Assembly: GCF_006345805.1 (NCBI RefSeq)
Contig: NC_043008.1
Coordinates: forward strand, 71,114,001-71,178,000
DNA from: Octopus sinensis
Lineage: Eukaryota
Length of the DNA stretch: 64,000 nt
Direction of reading: 5' to 3'
This document shows, piece by piece, positions 14,392 to 30,243 of this stretch. The first letter of the stretch is position 1; each line of letters opens with the position of its first letter. The position numbers were made by a program, and so were the translations under genes. Under the pieces are notes generated by a model. The model worked only from the letters and a program-made list of their open reading frames with translations. It was not told where the DNA came from and searched no databases.

Positions 14392-17300
14392 CATAAATAC
14401 AAACACTGGTATGAAGGCAGGGAACATTCAAATACATCGTATATTTTAAGTGTTTATGTAAAACGTATGAAACTGAAAATCACTTTTGAAATTTCACAGA
14501 AGCAAACAATTTTCGATCGTTTGGACGCTTAAAGTTGAGTGGTTAGGTAGTTATAATTTTTGACTAAAAATTATCATCATTATATTCCGAGTGATTATTA
14601 TCCTCACTGGTTTGTTCATGTCACATGGTGGAATCGGTATTTCATCCATTGCCAACTGCAACTGGCAAAATGTTTTTACCTCTATTTGTGTAAAACATAC
14701 AGTGCTGTTAGAGTTTCTGCGAAGTTGAAATATATGACGTAATATTAATTCTTAATGGCTTTTCAGTAGATAGATCCATTAATCTCAGTGAAAGTGTAGT
14801 TTTCTTGTTCAGTGATACAATATTCTGATGCAGTGTTTGAAATACAGTATTTGGAAAAGTATTAACAACTATCGGGTTGAAATCTAGTCAGCAAATCGCT
14901 TCGTCGTAGTAAAAAGGCCGCAGTGCAGCTTCACAGATTTGATAAAAAATATGATTAAATACAGATGAATTGTCGAAAAGACAGAAAGAAGTACGATAGT
15001 TTTCATGCTCTGGACTAAGTAACGAGAAGTCTTGTCAAGAAGGATCCAGGCTATACAAAAGCAACAACTCTCTAAACTTGGTGTTAATTGATGCAATCAA
15101 ACTGAGAAATACACATGTTCCAGTCCTTACATTGAGAGGAATGCTTGAGTGAATGTTTCTACGAAATCATTGATAATATATTCCATGTAGTTCCTTAGGT
15201 GTATCGGTTCCATATATGTGTAACAGAAAAAATCCCTGGGTATACTTCTTAAAATAAAAGGGGGAAAAATGAAAATAAAATAAGATCCAAATAACAGGTT
15301 ATCCATTGGCAGTTGTAAAGGGAATGAGCTCAGCCAGCCAGCGTTATTTGGTAATTCAAAATAGTACTTATTTTCCACTCCCTCAATACTCTCTACTACA
15401 CCTCTTCATTGTAACAAAAGAGTCACATGAACACAACTGTTGCTGTTATTAATAATCAGTTTTGTCCGTTTCTATATTTCTGCACAGTAGTGGACCTCCG
15501 CCACATAAATGTTTTTCTCTCTTATTTTTTCAAACATTTTTTCCACTTTTGTATTTTATCGATGTGCCATTTCTATTGGTTTGGGAATCGGTTGAGTATT
15601 CGACTGTGATCCTGTTGTATATGCTGGAGAAGAGCCGAACCTGTCTGTAGCAGATAACTCTGACAATGCTGTAAGAGCCTCGGTGAAATATGGTGGTGTT
15701 GCAGGAGTATTTACAAGGGGTATAGAGCAAATAGCTTCCGTTCGCATGGCTGCTGTTGCACCTACGACACATGGGAACAGAAGAATCTCGAAAAAACATA
15801 CTAAGTGCTACCTCGGATTGCCTTTTTGCGGCTTGTAGTAACTGTTTAGATTGTTCGGCATGATTTCCAAAGCCACTGCCCTAGAAAGACAGTGGTTCAT
15901 AAAAAGCAGCAAAATTTGATGGAATCCTGGATACGGTATATAAACTCGACGATGAAGCACTAACAAGAATGCATCATGTACTGTTTGGGAAACCCTGAAT
16001 GCGAAAATCGATGGCAACTACGAAATTGGAGCCATAGTAAATGAGCATCAAGTCACTTTTATCTTCTCCAGAGAGTTTTTTTTTTTCAATTTTTTCAACT
16101 TTCATTGGGTGCTTGCACTGAAGACTGCGTGGGTGAAATTATTTGTTTTGTAGCATGTGATATTGCAAGTGATGTTATATTATAAGCAAAAGTAACTCAC
16201 ATCATCATAGTTGGCATGAAAAATATTGTAATTTATTATACAATTCACATGTGCTGAGAAAAATAACAAAAAACCACAAAACCTTTTACATACAAGTTGC
16301 TGCTTATCCAAAAGATATCCATAAAGTGTAGGAGCATATCGCTAAGTTGGCAAACTAAGTTCTGACAGACAACCCTAGATTATGAAGTTCTTTCGAATAT
16401 CTTCCATGGAAGTAACGGTAGAATATGTTCAGCTGTGTAACATACCATTAACGATAGAGGGATAAAAGTAACGTTAGGAACTCACCCCCAAGACGAAAAA
16501 TTTGATTCTGCATTCTAAGAAGGTAGGGCAATTCATGTTTGAAGTAATTGCTTCAAATGTCTAAGAAATACCATAAAATTCGTGGACAATTGCGGCTCTT
16601 GTACAGGTAATACAGGTAATAGAGCTTCGGCAATTACGAATGGTACAGCCAGTCCACAACTCTAATTGTCATCGTAGAAATCTGTGAAATGTAAAAGTCC
16701 TCAGTTCAATGCGAATTTATTACCGAAGGGTGCATGCAGACAAGGAAATTTCTTCATTGAAGCTAGTCCTATCCATTGAAATAGGGAAAAGGTCAAGAAT
16801 TACTTGAAGATGGAGAAAATATTGTTCTTGGAAGCCTGCAGTATAAAATAACATTTGCTGTTACCTTTCACTCTTGCAACACGTGAATTTCTGCGAGGTC
16901 AAAATGGAGAAATTCTTTAAAATGAAACTATAGAAGAAGACATAAAAAATTCTTCGCACTAGGATATAGCCTGACCCCAAGTGTTTGCAAATTAATAAAT
17001 TAAACATAGTCCTTCGTGTAAGTATATAAACAAAGAATCAAAAGTATCCACATGTGTGGAAGCATGAGAGAATAAAAAGTGTACTCGACTATAAAAGTAA
17101 AACGAGATGGTTTACTGGAAATCGAATCTTCTCATAATTTGGTTTAGAATTCATTTTTGACGCCTATATCCGGGCTCTTAAAGAAAAACGAAATATAAAA
17201 TTTATTATATAAAATGTATACATAAGTCTTTGAAAAGGAAGCAAGCCTAGATTGTCTAATACAATATAAAGGGAAGTTATCAGAAATTTATTATTGGTGA

Positions 17301-17404
17301 TACGAGGTAACGGATATTGTTTGAAGCATGTAAATAAACCTTTATTTCACTAACATTCTAAAAGAAGAGTAAACAAAGAATATATGGTAGTGGTAGTAGT
17401 AGCA

Positions 17405-17407
17405 GGG

Positions 17408-17458
<51 letters not shown>

Positions 17459-17487
17459 GTAACAACAGCAATAACAACAACAACAGC

Positions 17488-17525
<38 letters not shown>

Positions 17526-17546
17526 GTAATAATAATAATAGTAATA

Positions 17547-17626
<80 letters not shown>

Positions 17627-17630
17627 GTAA
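17405..17630. repeat. (TAA)n microsatellite
   Basis: Direct reading. Similar arrays at 9381-9545, 12315-12375, 55996-56070 and 58830-58895. Confidence 0.95.
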
Positions 17631-18053
17631 TGGCTATAAGACTGAATTATTATTTGAAAAGCAAAATATAATGCAAACATAAAAATACCAATGACAAGCA
17701 AAACGAAATAAAGTTTTTTAACATGAATATATTTATAATATGGTACAAGAGAAATGTCTCTCAGCAAAAAATTTTTTAAATGTCACGAATATTACTATCC
17801 AGTTCATAACATAACATTTTCAAGCAAACATTTTGCACTCACTGCAAAAATCAACAAATTTCAATGGTTTTTCTGTGCATGTTTTAGGAAAGAATTGCCA
17901 TGCTTTCACCAAATCTGAACTAACAACGTACTTTAGGAGGAAATTTCCTGTAGACTTAGGTAGTACGAAGACCAGGTGGTATGAATGATTTCTGAAAACA
18001 TAAAACTTGTATCCTTCATGGATCATATATACTTGGATAAATCTTATATTGTA

Positions 18054-19317
18054 CGAGGGACGTTCAATAAGTAATGCCTCTGACCCACTTGCAGTTCTTT
18101 GATCTGGCTGAAATTTTGCATGTGCAATCATTTATATCTCTATAGAGTAAGTGGTTTCTGATTTACAGGTGTTTGAACCGAGTCAAGTGTGAAATGGAGC
18201 CTGTTGAGTGTCGAGCAGTGATCCGGTTTTTGTATTTGTAAGGACGCACATCACGGGAGACTTTTGATGAAATGAAAGTAACTTATGGTGATGATGCCCC
18301 ATCATATGACCTTGTAAAACGCTGGCATCGTGAATTCAAACATGGTCGGAACTCTGTGGAAACAGCTACCAGATCTGGTCGCCCCCTTCTGCCATTGATG
18401 ACGCATCTGTCCGTCAAGTTGAGGCTGCCATTTTGGAAGATCGACGCATAATTATTCGCCAAATAGCCCATGAGGTCAAGATTAGTACCGGGTCTGTGGA
18501 AACTATCATTCAGAACCATTTGCATATGCAAAAGGTGTCTGCCAGATGGATTCCCAGGTTGCTCACGCCTTTCCAGAAGCAAGAACGCGTCGAGTGCTCG
18601 AGGGTGAATTTGGAGATGTGCCAAGAAGATGAGTCAAAATTTTTCAAAAGACTGATTACACAGGATGAAACCTGGGTCCATCACGATGATCCAGAGACCA
18701 AATCCCAGTCAAAGCAGTGGAAGCACCGTGACTCACCCCCTCCAAAGAAGGCAAGGGTGCAGCCCACCGCTGGCAAGGTCATGCTCACAGTCTTCTGGGA
18801 CCAGGACGGAGTAGTGATGACATATTTCCTGGCAAAGGGTACCACAATTGCAGGAGCCTATTATGCTTCACTTTTGAGGAAATTAAGAGAAGCTATCAAA
18901 ATCAAGAGCCCGGGCAAGATCAGCAAAGGCATCCTCCTCTTGCAGGACAACGCTCCGGTCCACAACTCGCTTGTCGCCAGATCAGAAGCACAGGCGTATG
19001 GCTATGAACTCCTCCCCATCACCCCTACTTTCCTGACCTTGCACCCTCTGATTTTCACCTCTTCCCAATCATGAAGTTGTTTTTGAAAGGAAAGCGTTTC
19101 CCAGATGATGCAGCCTTGATTTCTGAAGTCACGTTGAGGTTGGAGGACGAAGCTGGGTTCTTCTACAAAAACGGTCTCCAGAGCCGCGTCAAACGATGGG
19201 AGAAATGTGTAACTCTGGGTGGTTCCTATATCGAAAAATACTAATAACTGTGCCAAGTTTCGTTGCTCTACTGCTATGGGAAGTGGGTCAGGGGCATTAC
19301 TTATTGAACGCCCCTCG
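18054..19317 (+). mobile_element. Mariner (Tc1/mariner, DD34D) DNA transposon, full length
   Basis: 37-bp TIRs at 18054-18090 and 19281-19317 (CGAGGG(A/G)CGTTCAATAAGTAATGCC..., 2 mismatches). TA duplications at 18052-53 and 19318-19. Confidence 0.95.
18194..19244 (+). pseudogene. Mariner transposase pseudogene
   Basis: ATG at 18194, premature TAA at 18239-41, frameshifts near 18385 and 19015. Motifs WIPRLL, TQDETW, QDNAPVH and YFPDLAPSDF (D,D34D). Terminal TAA at 19242-44. Confidence 0.92.
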
Positions 19318-20838
19318 TATGAAAATATTGTGGACGTTGTGAAATTTTCCGCAAGAGTCATTTGTAAATGGTGTTTTCATAGAGGATTTTAGCGCGAATG
19401 AAAGCCTTCATAATGAATTGCCATTAAGAAGACAAGCAATTGTAATATTAGAATCAAAAAGAAAAACAAAGATTTTACTTGAAACTGTGCTGTCGAATTT
19501 AGTGATAGATGGTGTAAAGCGGGGTAAAGACTACAAAAATATATGGTGCTAAGGTAACGGTCTTCATGCTAAAACGTACAGTAAGCCTTAGATTTCCAGA
19601 ATACCCAGTTTATGCATATAAAAATAGCTATTATTTTTCTTAAGTTGAAATTTTTCCGTGAAACCAAACTGTAACATTAATTTGAATGCTGCATACGGTA
19701 AGTACTAGCTACCTGAAGCAAAATTGAGATAGATATTAAAGAGGCGAACTGGGAGAATCATTAGGGTGCCGTACAAAATGTATAGCAACATACATTCCGG
19801 TTCTTTACGTTTTCAATTCAATTTCGCTATGCCTTTACATTCTTCCTGGTTCAATATAAAAAGTACCAGTTGAACAGTGGAATCGATGTAACAGACTTCT
19901 CAATTCTTCAAATTTGCTGCCCTTGTTTTAGAATAAGAATGGATCATTACGACAATTAATTTTAATAGTAGCTCTAATACAGTGCATAACAAATCGGTTG
20001 AGTGCCGGAGAAAGTACATTGTGTTATTTAGTTACGTCTTTTTACATACTGACGTACTCTAGGCTTCATTTACACTTCTTATCTACAATATTTTAGAAAA
20101 TTGTACCAGTAATATTTGGCGTTCATATAGTTGATTTTTAGTTCTCCCATCTGATAGGAAGTTGTGCCAAATTTAGAAAACATTATGTTAAAGTAATCCA
20201 TATTCCTATCATTTAATACATAGAGGTGTTCAATATTTGCTGTTGTTTTAATGATGCTGATGTTGATGTTGTTATTGTTACTGCTGCTGCTGCTGTTGTT
20301 CCTTATAGTTCATGTTATTAAAACATCTCTCTAAATATTAAATTCTGATGAAAAGTATCACTACAAAGTACACAGATGTGGAAGATATCATCACCTAGAA
20401 ATAATAGGTTATTGACAAAAGATAATATCTTGGACAGTTGGATTTCCTTACCCTTTCTCATTCACCACCCTCTTATTCCTTTCCTCATTCTCTCCCTCCA
20501 ATTCCTAGAGTCATGGAAATTTATTTTTCTAATACTGGAAACCTGCGGGAAAAAAATAGATCAACGCAATTTCTATGTCGGATTTTCTTCTATATTGATG
20601 GAGAGATTTTCAGCTCATTCATAAGTGGAAGTATTCTGTAGAGAGAGGAATAATTCTGTTGACGAATCAATCTCTCAGGAGACTGTGTTAAATAAGATTT
20701 TAATAAAAATACTAAATACATAAAATGGAGGAGAAAGAAAAAATAGTTATATGGTTCAGAAGAAGAATTATATTCGAATATGGCTTTAAAATATTATATT
20801 TGAAATAATTGATTTTGCACTTAAGCACTAAACCACCA

Positions 20839-21830
<992 letters not shown>

Positions 21831-22016
21831 GTGTGCAAAGACTTCAGAGTATGGAACAGAATTGCTGGCGCTATTTTTCCGGATCACCACGTTCTAAATT
21901 CTGTCAAGATCATTCATTCTTTGACGGCCGATGAAATAAGTACCAGTAATGCGCTAGGATCGACGTAATGAGCTCTTCCCTCACCATAAAATTTCTGTGC
22001 CAAATATTGAAAAAAA

Positions 22017-22123
<107 letters not shown>

Positions 22124-22363
22124 ATTATTATTAACGTGAGCTGGCAGAATCGGCAGCACGCCGGATATAATGGTTTGCATTCATCCTTTTGGGGCCGATA
22201 AATAAAGTACCAATTGAACACCGGGGTCGATGTAATCGACTCACCCCCTCCCCCATAATTGCTGTCCGTATTGAAAAAAAACATTATTATTATTATTATT
22301 ATTATCATTGTTATTATTATTTTCATTATTATTATTAATATTATTATCATTATTATTATTATT

Positions 22364-22660
22364 GAATGAGCGAGCAGTGCATGCAATGAAAGTGACACTG
22401 GAGTGCAAATGTACAAATGTACCTATCATGTGTCTAAGGACACATCATCACAACCATACGTGCGCGAGGTGGTGGTCTCATATGAAGCAAAACAGTGCAT
22501 GATTTGTAGGTGGAACCCAGTTAGAATTTTCTTTAGGTCGAGTAGCCCATCTCGTTCAAATGGTCATTGAATAAACTTTGTTTAAGGATGATGAATAAAA
22601 CACTAATTTCTTCAGAGGTGAATTAGTCAAACCCCAAAGAATTCCTCTCAACACATGACT
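22364..22660 (-). mobile_element. Unclassified non-coding retroposon 3' end with (TAA)n tail, copy 1
   Basis: Homologous to 22779-23216. Ends GCACTGCTC..TC followed by AATAATAAT on the minus strand. Confidence 0.6.
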
Positions 22661-22698
22661 ATGGAGCATCATCATCATTATCGTCATTATCGTCGTCG

Positions 22699-23328
<630 letters not shown>

Positions 23329-23353
23329 TGTTATTATTATTATTATTATTATT

Positions 23354-24436
23354 CTGTTTGACTTTTGGTTTATAATAGTACAAGTTGGCTCCAAATCTCA
23401 CCCAGAGACCTCAAGAGACAACAAGTTGGAAGTTCACGTTGTTGGTATGCCTAGTGTGTCATATATTTGGGGTTTTTTTGGTTTTGTACTAGTGAATGTC
23501 TAATAAATAAATAAAAAAATTAAATTAAATTAAATTTAAAAAAATAAAATAAAATAAAAATTGTTTGTTTTAAACCTTGAGATTACATTGAAAGTATTTT
23601 GCGTAGGATATGAGCAGTTCCCATGAGCACTAACTTTTGAATTTCTGCCATTTTAGGGTTTCCTGGTATCTGAGTTACGTAGCAATCAGCCCCTTTCGCT
23701 ATCATTCCCAGGGCACCTATGACAACAGCTATTGTTTTAGTCTTCAGGTACCAGATTTTGCTGATTTCTATTTCAAGATCTTTATATTTGCTCAGTTTTT
23801 GGTAGGTCTTGACAGATAAGTTTATATCGAGTGGGACAGTCTTATCAATGAGGAGGCATGTTCTTTGTCTGAAGTCTTTCAATATGATGTCTGGCCTATT
23901 TGCTTCTATCTTTCTGTCAGTTTGAATGGTGAAGTTCCAGAGGTGTGAGATGTGATCATTTTCAAGCACTGGAGGTTGTTTGTGTTCCCACCAGTTTTTT
24001 TTCATGGGACAAATCCAGGTTTTTGCAAATTACCCAGTGAATATATTGTGCAGATCTATCATGCCTGTTGAGATATTATGTAAACGCTAGAAGACTGCAC
24101 TTGGAGACAACATGATCAATGGTTTCATTTTGTTGTTGACATACAGGACATGTTGGGCTACTGCCGTTTTTTAATATGTTGGCCTGGTAGTTTCTTGTTG
24201 GTAGGCTTTCTTGTTTTCATGTTTTGAGACAAGTTTTAAAATCCAGTCCTCAGACTTTTTCAGGTAGGTGTCTAGGTTAGTTGCAGCAATCTTTATTGTT
24301 AATGCCAGTTGTAAAAGACCACGGCCTCCTTCTTTTCTTGGCAGATAAAGTCGTTCTGTATTTGCTTTAGGGTGGTGCATTCTATGCATTGTCAACTGTT
24401 TTCGTATTTTTCTGTCAAGCTGGCATATTTCAGTAA

Positions 24437-24437
<1 letters not shown>
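23354..24437 (-). mobile_element. 5'-truncated, internally deleted copy of the same R4/Dong family
   Basis: RLE ORF at 23583-24005. About 300-bp deletion relative to 25337-25640. (TTA)n/(TCA)n on both sides. Confidence 0.88.
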
Positions 24438-24500
<63 letters not shown>

Positions 24501-24501
<1 letters not shown>

Positions 24502-27500
24502 TATGTTTGACTTTTGCTTTATATTTGTACAAGTTGGCTCCAAGTCTCACCCAGAGACCTCAAGAGACAACAGGGTTGGAAGTTCATGTTGTTGTTAAGC
24601 CTAGTGTGCCATATATTTGGGGGGTGGGGGTGTTGTACTAATGAATGTCTAAAAAAAGTTTATTTTATTTTATTTTTTTTAAACCGAAAATTATGTTTGT
24701 TTTAAACCTTGAGATTACATAGAAAGTATTTTGCGTAGGATATGAGCAGTTCCCATGAGCACTATCTTTTGAATTTCTGCCATTTTGGGGTTTCCTGGTA
24801 TCTGAGTTAGGTAGCTATCAACCCCTTTTGATATCATTCCCAGGGCACCTATGACAACAGCTATTGTTTTAGTCTTCAGGTTCCACATTTTGCTGATTTC
24901 GATTTCAAGATCTTTATATTTGCTCAGTTTTTGGTAGGTCTTGACAGATACGTTTATATCGATTGGGACAGTCATATCAATGAGGAGGCATGTTCTTTGT
25001 TTGAATTCTTTCAATATGATGTCTGGCCTATTTGCATCTATCTTTCTGTCAGTTTGAATGGTGAAGTTCCAGAGGAGTGAGATGTGGTCATTTTCAAGCA
25101 CTGGAGGTTGTTTGTGTTCCCACCAGTATTTTTCATGGGGCAAATCCAGGTTTTTACAGATTACCCAGTGAATATATGCTGCAGCTCTATCGTGCCTGTT
25201 GAGATACTCTGTAGGCGCTAGAAGACTGCACTTGGAGACCACATGGTCAATGGTTTCATTTTGTTGCTTGCATACACGACACATTGGACTGCTTCTGATC
25301 TTTAATATGTTGGCCTGGTAGTTTCTTGTTGGTAGGCATTGATCTTGAGCTGCTATGATAAACCCCTCTGTTTCAGCTTTAAGCCAGAGGCCATTAGCCA
25401 TTGATGGGTCAGGGCTTTGTCAACATCTGCATTATTTGCTCTCTTTGGGTGTTTGCCATAGAGAGGTTTTTCTTGCCATTTATCATTCAGAATATCTAAG
25501 GCCGCAGATTTAGCACGGGTTTTCATGCGCTTAGCTTTTTCTGTGCCTGTTTCATGTATGTCTATCTCTAATTCCAAAATTTGTTGTATTCGGAATTCAC
25601 TTAGATATTCCTTTGCCTGTTTTGTTACTGAGCATGATGCTTTCTTGTTTTCATGTTTTGAGACAAGTTTTAACATCCAGACCTCAGAGTTTTTCAGGTA
25701 GGTGTCTAGGCCAATTGTAGCAATCTTCATTGTTATTGCCAGTTGTAAAAGTCCACGGCCTCCCTCTTTTCTTGGCAGATAAAGTCGTTCTGTATCTGCC
25801 TTAGGGTGGTGCATTCTATGCATTGTCAACAGTGTTCGTATTTTTCTGTCAAGATTACATATTTCAGTAATTGACCAGTTAACGATATTGAAACTGTAAG
25901 TCACGACTGGTATGGCTAATGCATTGATCGCTTCGATCCTGTTTCTTGCATTCAGCTCTGTCTTGAGTATTGCTCTTACTCTGCGATAGGATTCTCTCCT
26001 GGTCCTTTCCTTCATCTCTGAATGCCTTATTCCTTCTCCTTCAAATACCCCTATATACTTGTAGTTCTCTGCTGGGTCTAATTCTTTTATGACATTCTGC
26101 TGGTCAAGGTTAACGTTAGATGTTTCTGTCATTTTTCCTTTGATAAAGGTAGCTTTTGCGCACTTATCGAGGCCAAATTGCATTCTGATGTCATCACTGA
26201 ATTGTTTGACAATCGCTAGTAAGCCCTTGAGTTGTTGGTCATTTTTTTGCAAAGAGCTCTAAGTCATCCATGTAAATGAGATGATTTATATTTTTATCAA
26301 ACATTTTATATCCGTACTGCGCGTCATTGAGCAGTTTTGAGAGAGGTATTAAGGCTAAACAGAAGAGAAGCGGTGATAGTGAGTCACCCTGGAAAATGCC
26401 ACATGAAATTTTTACATCACCAGCATTTAGAGATTCATTGTCACTGTTCAAAGTTAGTGTGGTTCTCCATGATCTCATACTTACAGACAAAAAGTTTCGC
26501 AGAGCAGGTGCTATCTTATACATTTCTAGGCATTTATTAATCCAGCTATGTGGTAGGCTATCAAAAGCCTTTTTATAGTCTATCCAGGCTATTGATAAGT
26601 TTTTGTGTCGTTTGTAACAATCTTCTATGATCATCTTATTGATGAGTAGTTGATCTTTACAACCGTAGGATCCACGTTTACATCCTTTCTGTTCATTAGG
26701 GAATATGCTGTTGTCTGTCAAAAAACTATAGGTATATTCCGTCAGGACAGATTTTAGTGTTTTATACATAGTTGTTAAGCAGGTTATGGGTCTATAGTTT
26801 TTGGGTTCATTTGTTTCTTCACTTTTTGGAAGCAGGAATGTTAACCCATTAACTAGCCAAGGAGGCATCCTACTAGGGTGTTGCAAAACATCATTGTAAA
26901 GTTCTGTTAGCAGTTCATGGCTCTCTGGGAAGGCATTCAACCAAAAGTTAGGGATTTTATCCTTTCCTGGAGACTTCCATTTGCTTGACCTCCTGAGAGC
27001 AGATCGTATATCTTCTACCTTGACACCCTCCCACTTTTGGTTTTCTAAAGAGTCCAGTTCTTTAGATATTCTATCAATCCAGGGGGCCTTTTCGCTGTGT
27101 GTTTTTTCTTCTGCCCAAATTTTATTCCAAAATCCCTGCACTTCTTCTTTTGATGGTACAGACTTTACAGTAACTGTTGTTTTTCCTATCTTCCTGTAAA
27201 CATTTTTGGGGTTATTTTTGAACATGTTGTTGTCCCTGAAGAATCTAATACGCTTTTCATACCTCGCTATGCGGGCAGCTTTAGCAGATACCTTTTGCTT
27301 GATGGTTTTATGGTGGCCTCAATATCAAGTATAGTTTTCATATTATATTTTTTCATTAGTTTTTGGGTTTTTGCAGGTTTGGTAGTCTTATGAACCTTAA
27401 GGTTTTTCAAATATTCAATGTCAGATCTAAATAGTTTAATTTGTTGTTGCAAACGCTCTTGCCAAGAAGGCTTTTTGTGGAAATGTTGCCATTTTCTAAT

Positions 27501-28590
27501 CTTTTCACCACATAGGATCGTTGAGATTTTCGCGGATGCATAGTATAGGTGGTTGAGATCTGTGATATCAACATCATTAGCTGAAATTATATCCTTAAGT
27601 GCAAGCCGGATTTTACCAATTATTTTCATGTTTTGGTTAGATTTGCGGATTTTAGGGAGTGTATCACGTTCATCCATACTGGTTTCTTTAATTTTCAGCC
27701 ATTCAATCATGATTTGACTTTTTAGCTCATGTAGTTCTGTCGGGTCAATATTTGTGTGACTTTCTTCATCTATTTGATGTTCATCTGTCTTAGTGTTTAT
27801 ATTTGGTTCAGGGAGTATTTCACTTTGCCTATCACTTATACTAAATCTTTCAATCCTTACTTCGTTTTTATTAGCTCTGAGCTGGTCTATAATTATTTCC
27901 TCTGTATTATCTTCTTTAGCTGCTACTTCGTTCATTCTATCCGTTACTGCTTGTCTAATTTAATCAATCTCTACTTCAGTCAGTAATTGTTTTTTTATAA
28001 TGTTTCTTCTGACGTTGGCAAGTTTGTTACTGTCTATGTAGGGTCTTACTTCAGGGTGTTTCTGTCTCCAGTTTATGTAGGTTTGTATAGTGTTCGATTT
28101 ATCTGTGGGGAAATATATGGCTTGATAGAAGGCTGCAAGAACTTCTTTATTATCTTCCCTAGTCCATTTTTCCTTCTTTTTCTTTTGAGTGTTTGGTGAC
28201 GAGCATGGATGGCCATCTGTTGGAATATTCCAGTTGCGGGGTACGTCCAGCTCCTGTGTGTCGGGAAGATTTGATCCAGTAGCTGATTTTTCAATCAGAC
28301 TTTGGTTCAATTTTCGGGTACGTGGTCTTTTGTAGTCCGCTCGTCGACCATCGCGGATTGTAGGTTGTTTTGTTGACATTGAAGCATGACGAGCTTCGAC
28401 TCTTACATTAAGAGACGGATTTAGGATTTTCTGCACGTAAACATTGTTCGTAGCGCAGTTACCTAAGGCTAGCAGATTTGTATTCGTCTGTATTTTTGTT
28501 GTTGATAGTTTTATCTCCGGGCATAGTTTTCCCTTCTTTTCACTTATTTATTTATTTATTTTTTTAAACTTATGAAAGGTTCACTCTGCC
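24501..28590 (-). mobile_element. Near full-length R4/Dong-clade non-LTR retrotransposon (single ORF: N-terminal domain, RT, CCHC, RLE)
   Basis: ORF pieces 27960-28436, 27267-27935, 26239-27225 (NYRPITCL, IDYKKAFD, GIFQGDSLSP, YMDD), 25353-26252 and 24715-25401 (CRVC..H..C, RHD, PDII, KLSKY). The 3' end runs into (TAA)n. Confidence 0.9.
24715..28436 (-). pseudogene. Frameshifted RT-RLE polyprotein of the R4/Dong element
   Basis: Five consecutive same-strand ORFs totalling about 1200 aa, separated by frameshifts or stops. Confidence 0.88.
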
Positions 28591-28689
28591 TGTATTAGTT
28601 CGAAAAAATGAGAATAAAATACGAGAAAAAACAAACAAACAATAAACAAACAAAAATAAGAATTATCATCACCACTGTCATCACTGTCA

Positions 28690-28766
<77 letters not shown>

Positions 28767-28767
<1 letters not shown>

Positions 28768-28876
28768 TGTTTGACTTTTGGTTTATAATAGTACAAGTTG
28801 GCTCCAAATCTCACCCAGAGACCTCAAGAGACAACAAGTTGGAAGTTCACGTTGTTGGTATGCCTAGTGTGCCATA

Positions 28877-28877
<1 letters not shown>
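28767..28877 (-). mobile_element. About 110-bp 3'-terminal fragment of the R4/Dong family
   Basis: Nearly identical to 23354-23464 and embedded between two (TTA)n arrays. Confidence 0.85.
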
Positions 28878-28937
<60 letters not shown>

Positions 28938-29575
28938 TATACTTTCATTTCATTATAACTTTTTTCCGCTGTCTTAGTGCCGGGCATCCTCCGGAGGCCA
29001 AGAGTAGTAAGGTCACTTTTGTAACAATCATTACCTTATTGTTAATATCATTATAGAAATTTGTATAATACAGATAAATCTACGGTTTATCAGATTGCGT
29101 TGAAGAGAACGTATGCTATTGTTTACCCATCATCTCAAACTGTAGTGCCGAAGAGAAGAATACTGGTACATCTCTGGTGAAAGACAGCATCTAATACTCT
29201 AAAAGTCGGTTCAAAACAGAAATATTAAAATTGACGTTTCTGCGTCTTATAAGTCTTTTGTTAATCATTCGCAACTAGGACGATTTATTGGAATATTAAA
29301 CCCGATCCAGTACTTCATTAGTGCTATGTTTTTATAGATTCCAGAAAAGCAAGTTTGAAACCAGTGGGCATTGATCTCGGAATGAAATGGCAGTAACGTT
29401 TAGAATGACAAAATCAAGCGATATGTTAGGAAAGAAAGTCGGTAAGTTTGTAGAATAGTTGGTATGTGGGCGGAGGAAATGCTTCACGGCAGTTTATCCG
29501 TCTTTACGTTCTGAGTTGAAGTGTCGCTACACTCGAGCGTGTGTATGTATACACATATATATGTACACACGCGCA

Positions 29576-29639
<64 letters not shown>

Positions 29640-29640
<1 letters not shown>

Positions 29641-30243
29641 TTAATAAGGGTGAGAGAATTAGATACTAATTTAATAGTATCTCTATTCAACACCAAGTGG
29701 CCCAGTGCACAGAGAAACCTGGATTATTATAATATTTTATAATATATTATAATATTTTATACATAAATAAATATAAGAGAGTGGTCACTATGTGGCTCAC
29801 TCTAGCACTAGAAATAGATCCAATAGGTTTCAACCACAAAATAAATGTTTCCCATGAAAGTCAGCACGATTGTTAGCTCAAACGAACAGGGCAAATAAAA
29901 ATAACAAAAATACAGATTATTTTGGGACAATTGTTTCGCTATTACTGAATTAAATGCAATTTTACTCACACTAAATTCACTTGTAGCTCCTCAGGCAAAA
30001 CTATCTGGACACAATCTACTCAATCACACGCCAGATTTTACCATAACGATAAATACACGTGTGGTTCAATCGATTATATCCGCCGTTATAATTCAAATAC
30101 CCTTACCAACAGCCCGCCAACTCTCACGGAAACAGTTACTACATTTAGAAATAAATGCAGCATAATTACAATTTATTTTGTGGTTGAAACCTATTGGATC
30201 TATTTCTAGTGCTAGAGTGAGCCACATAGTGACCACTCTCTTA

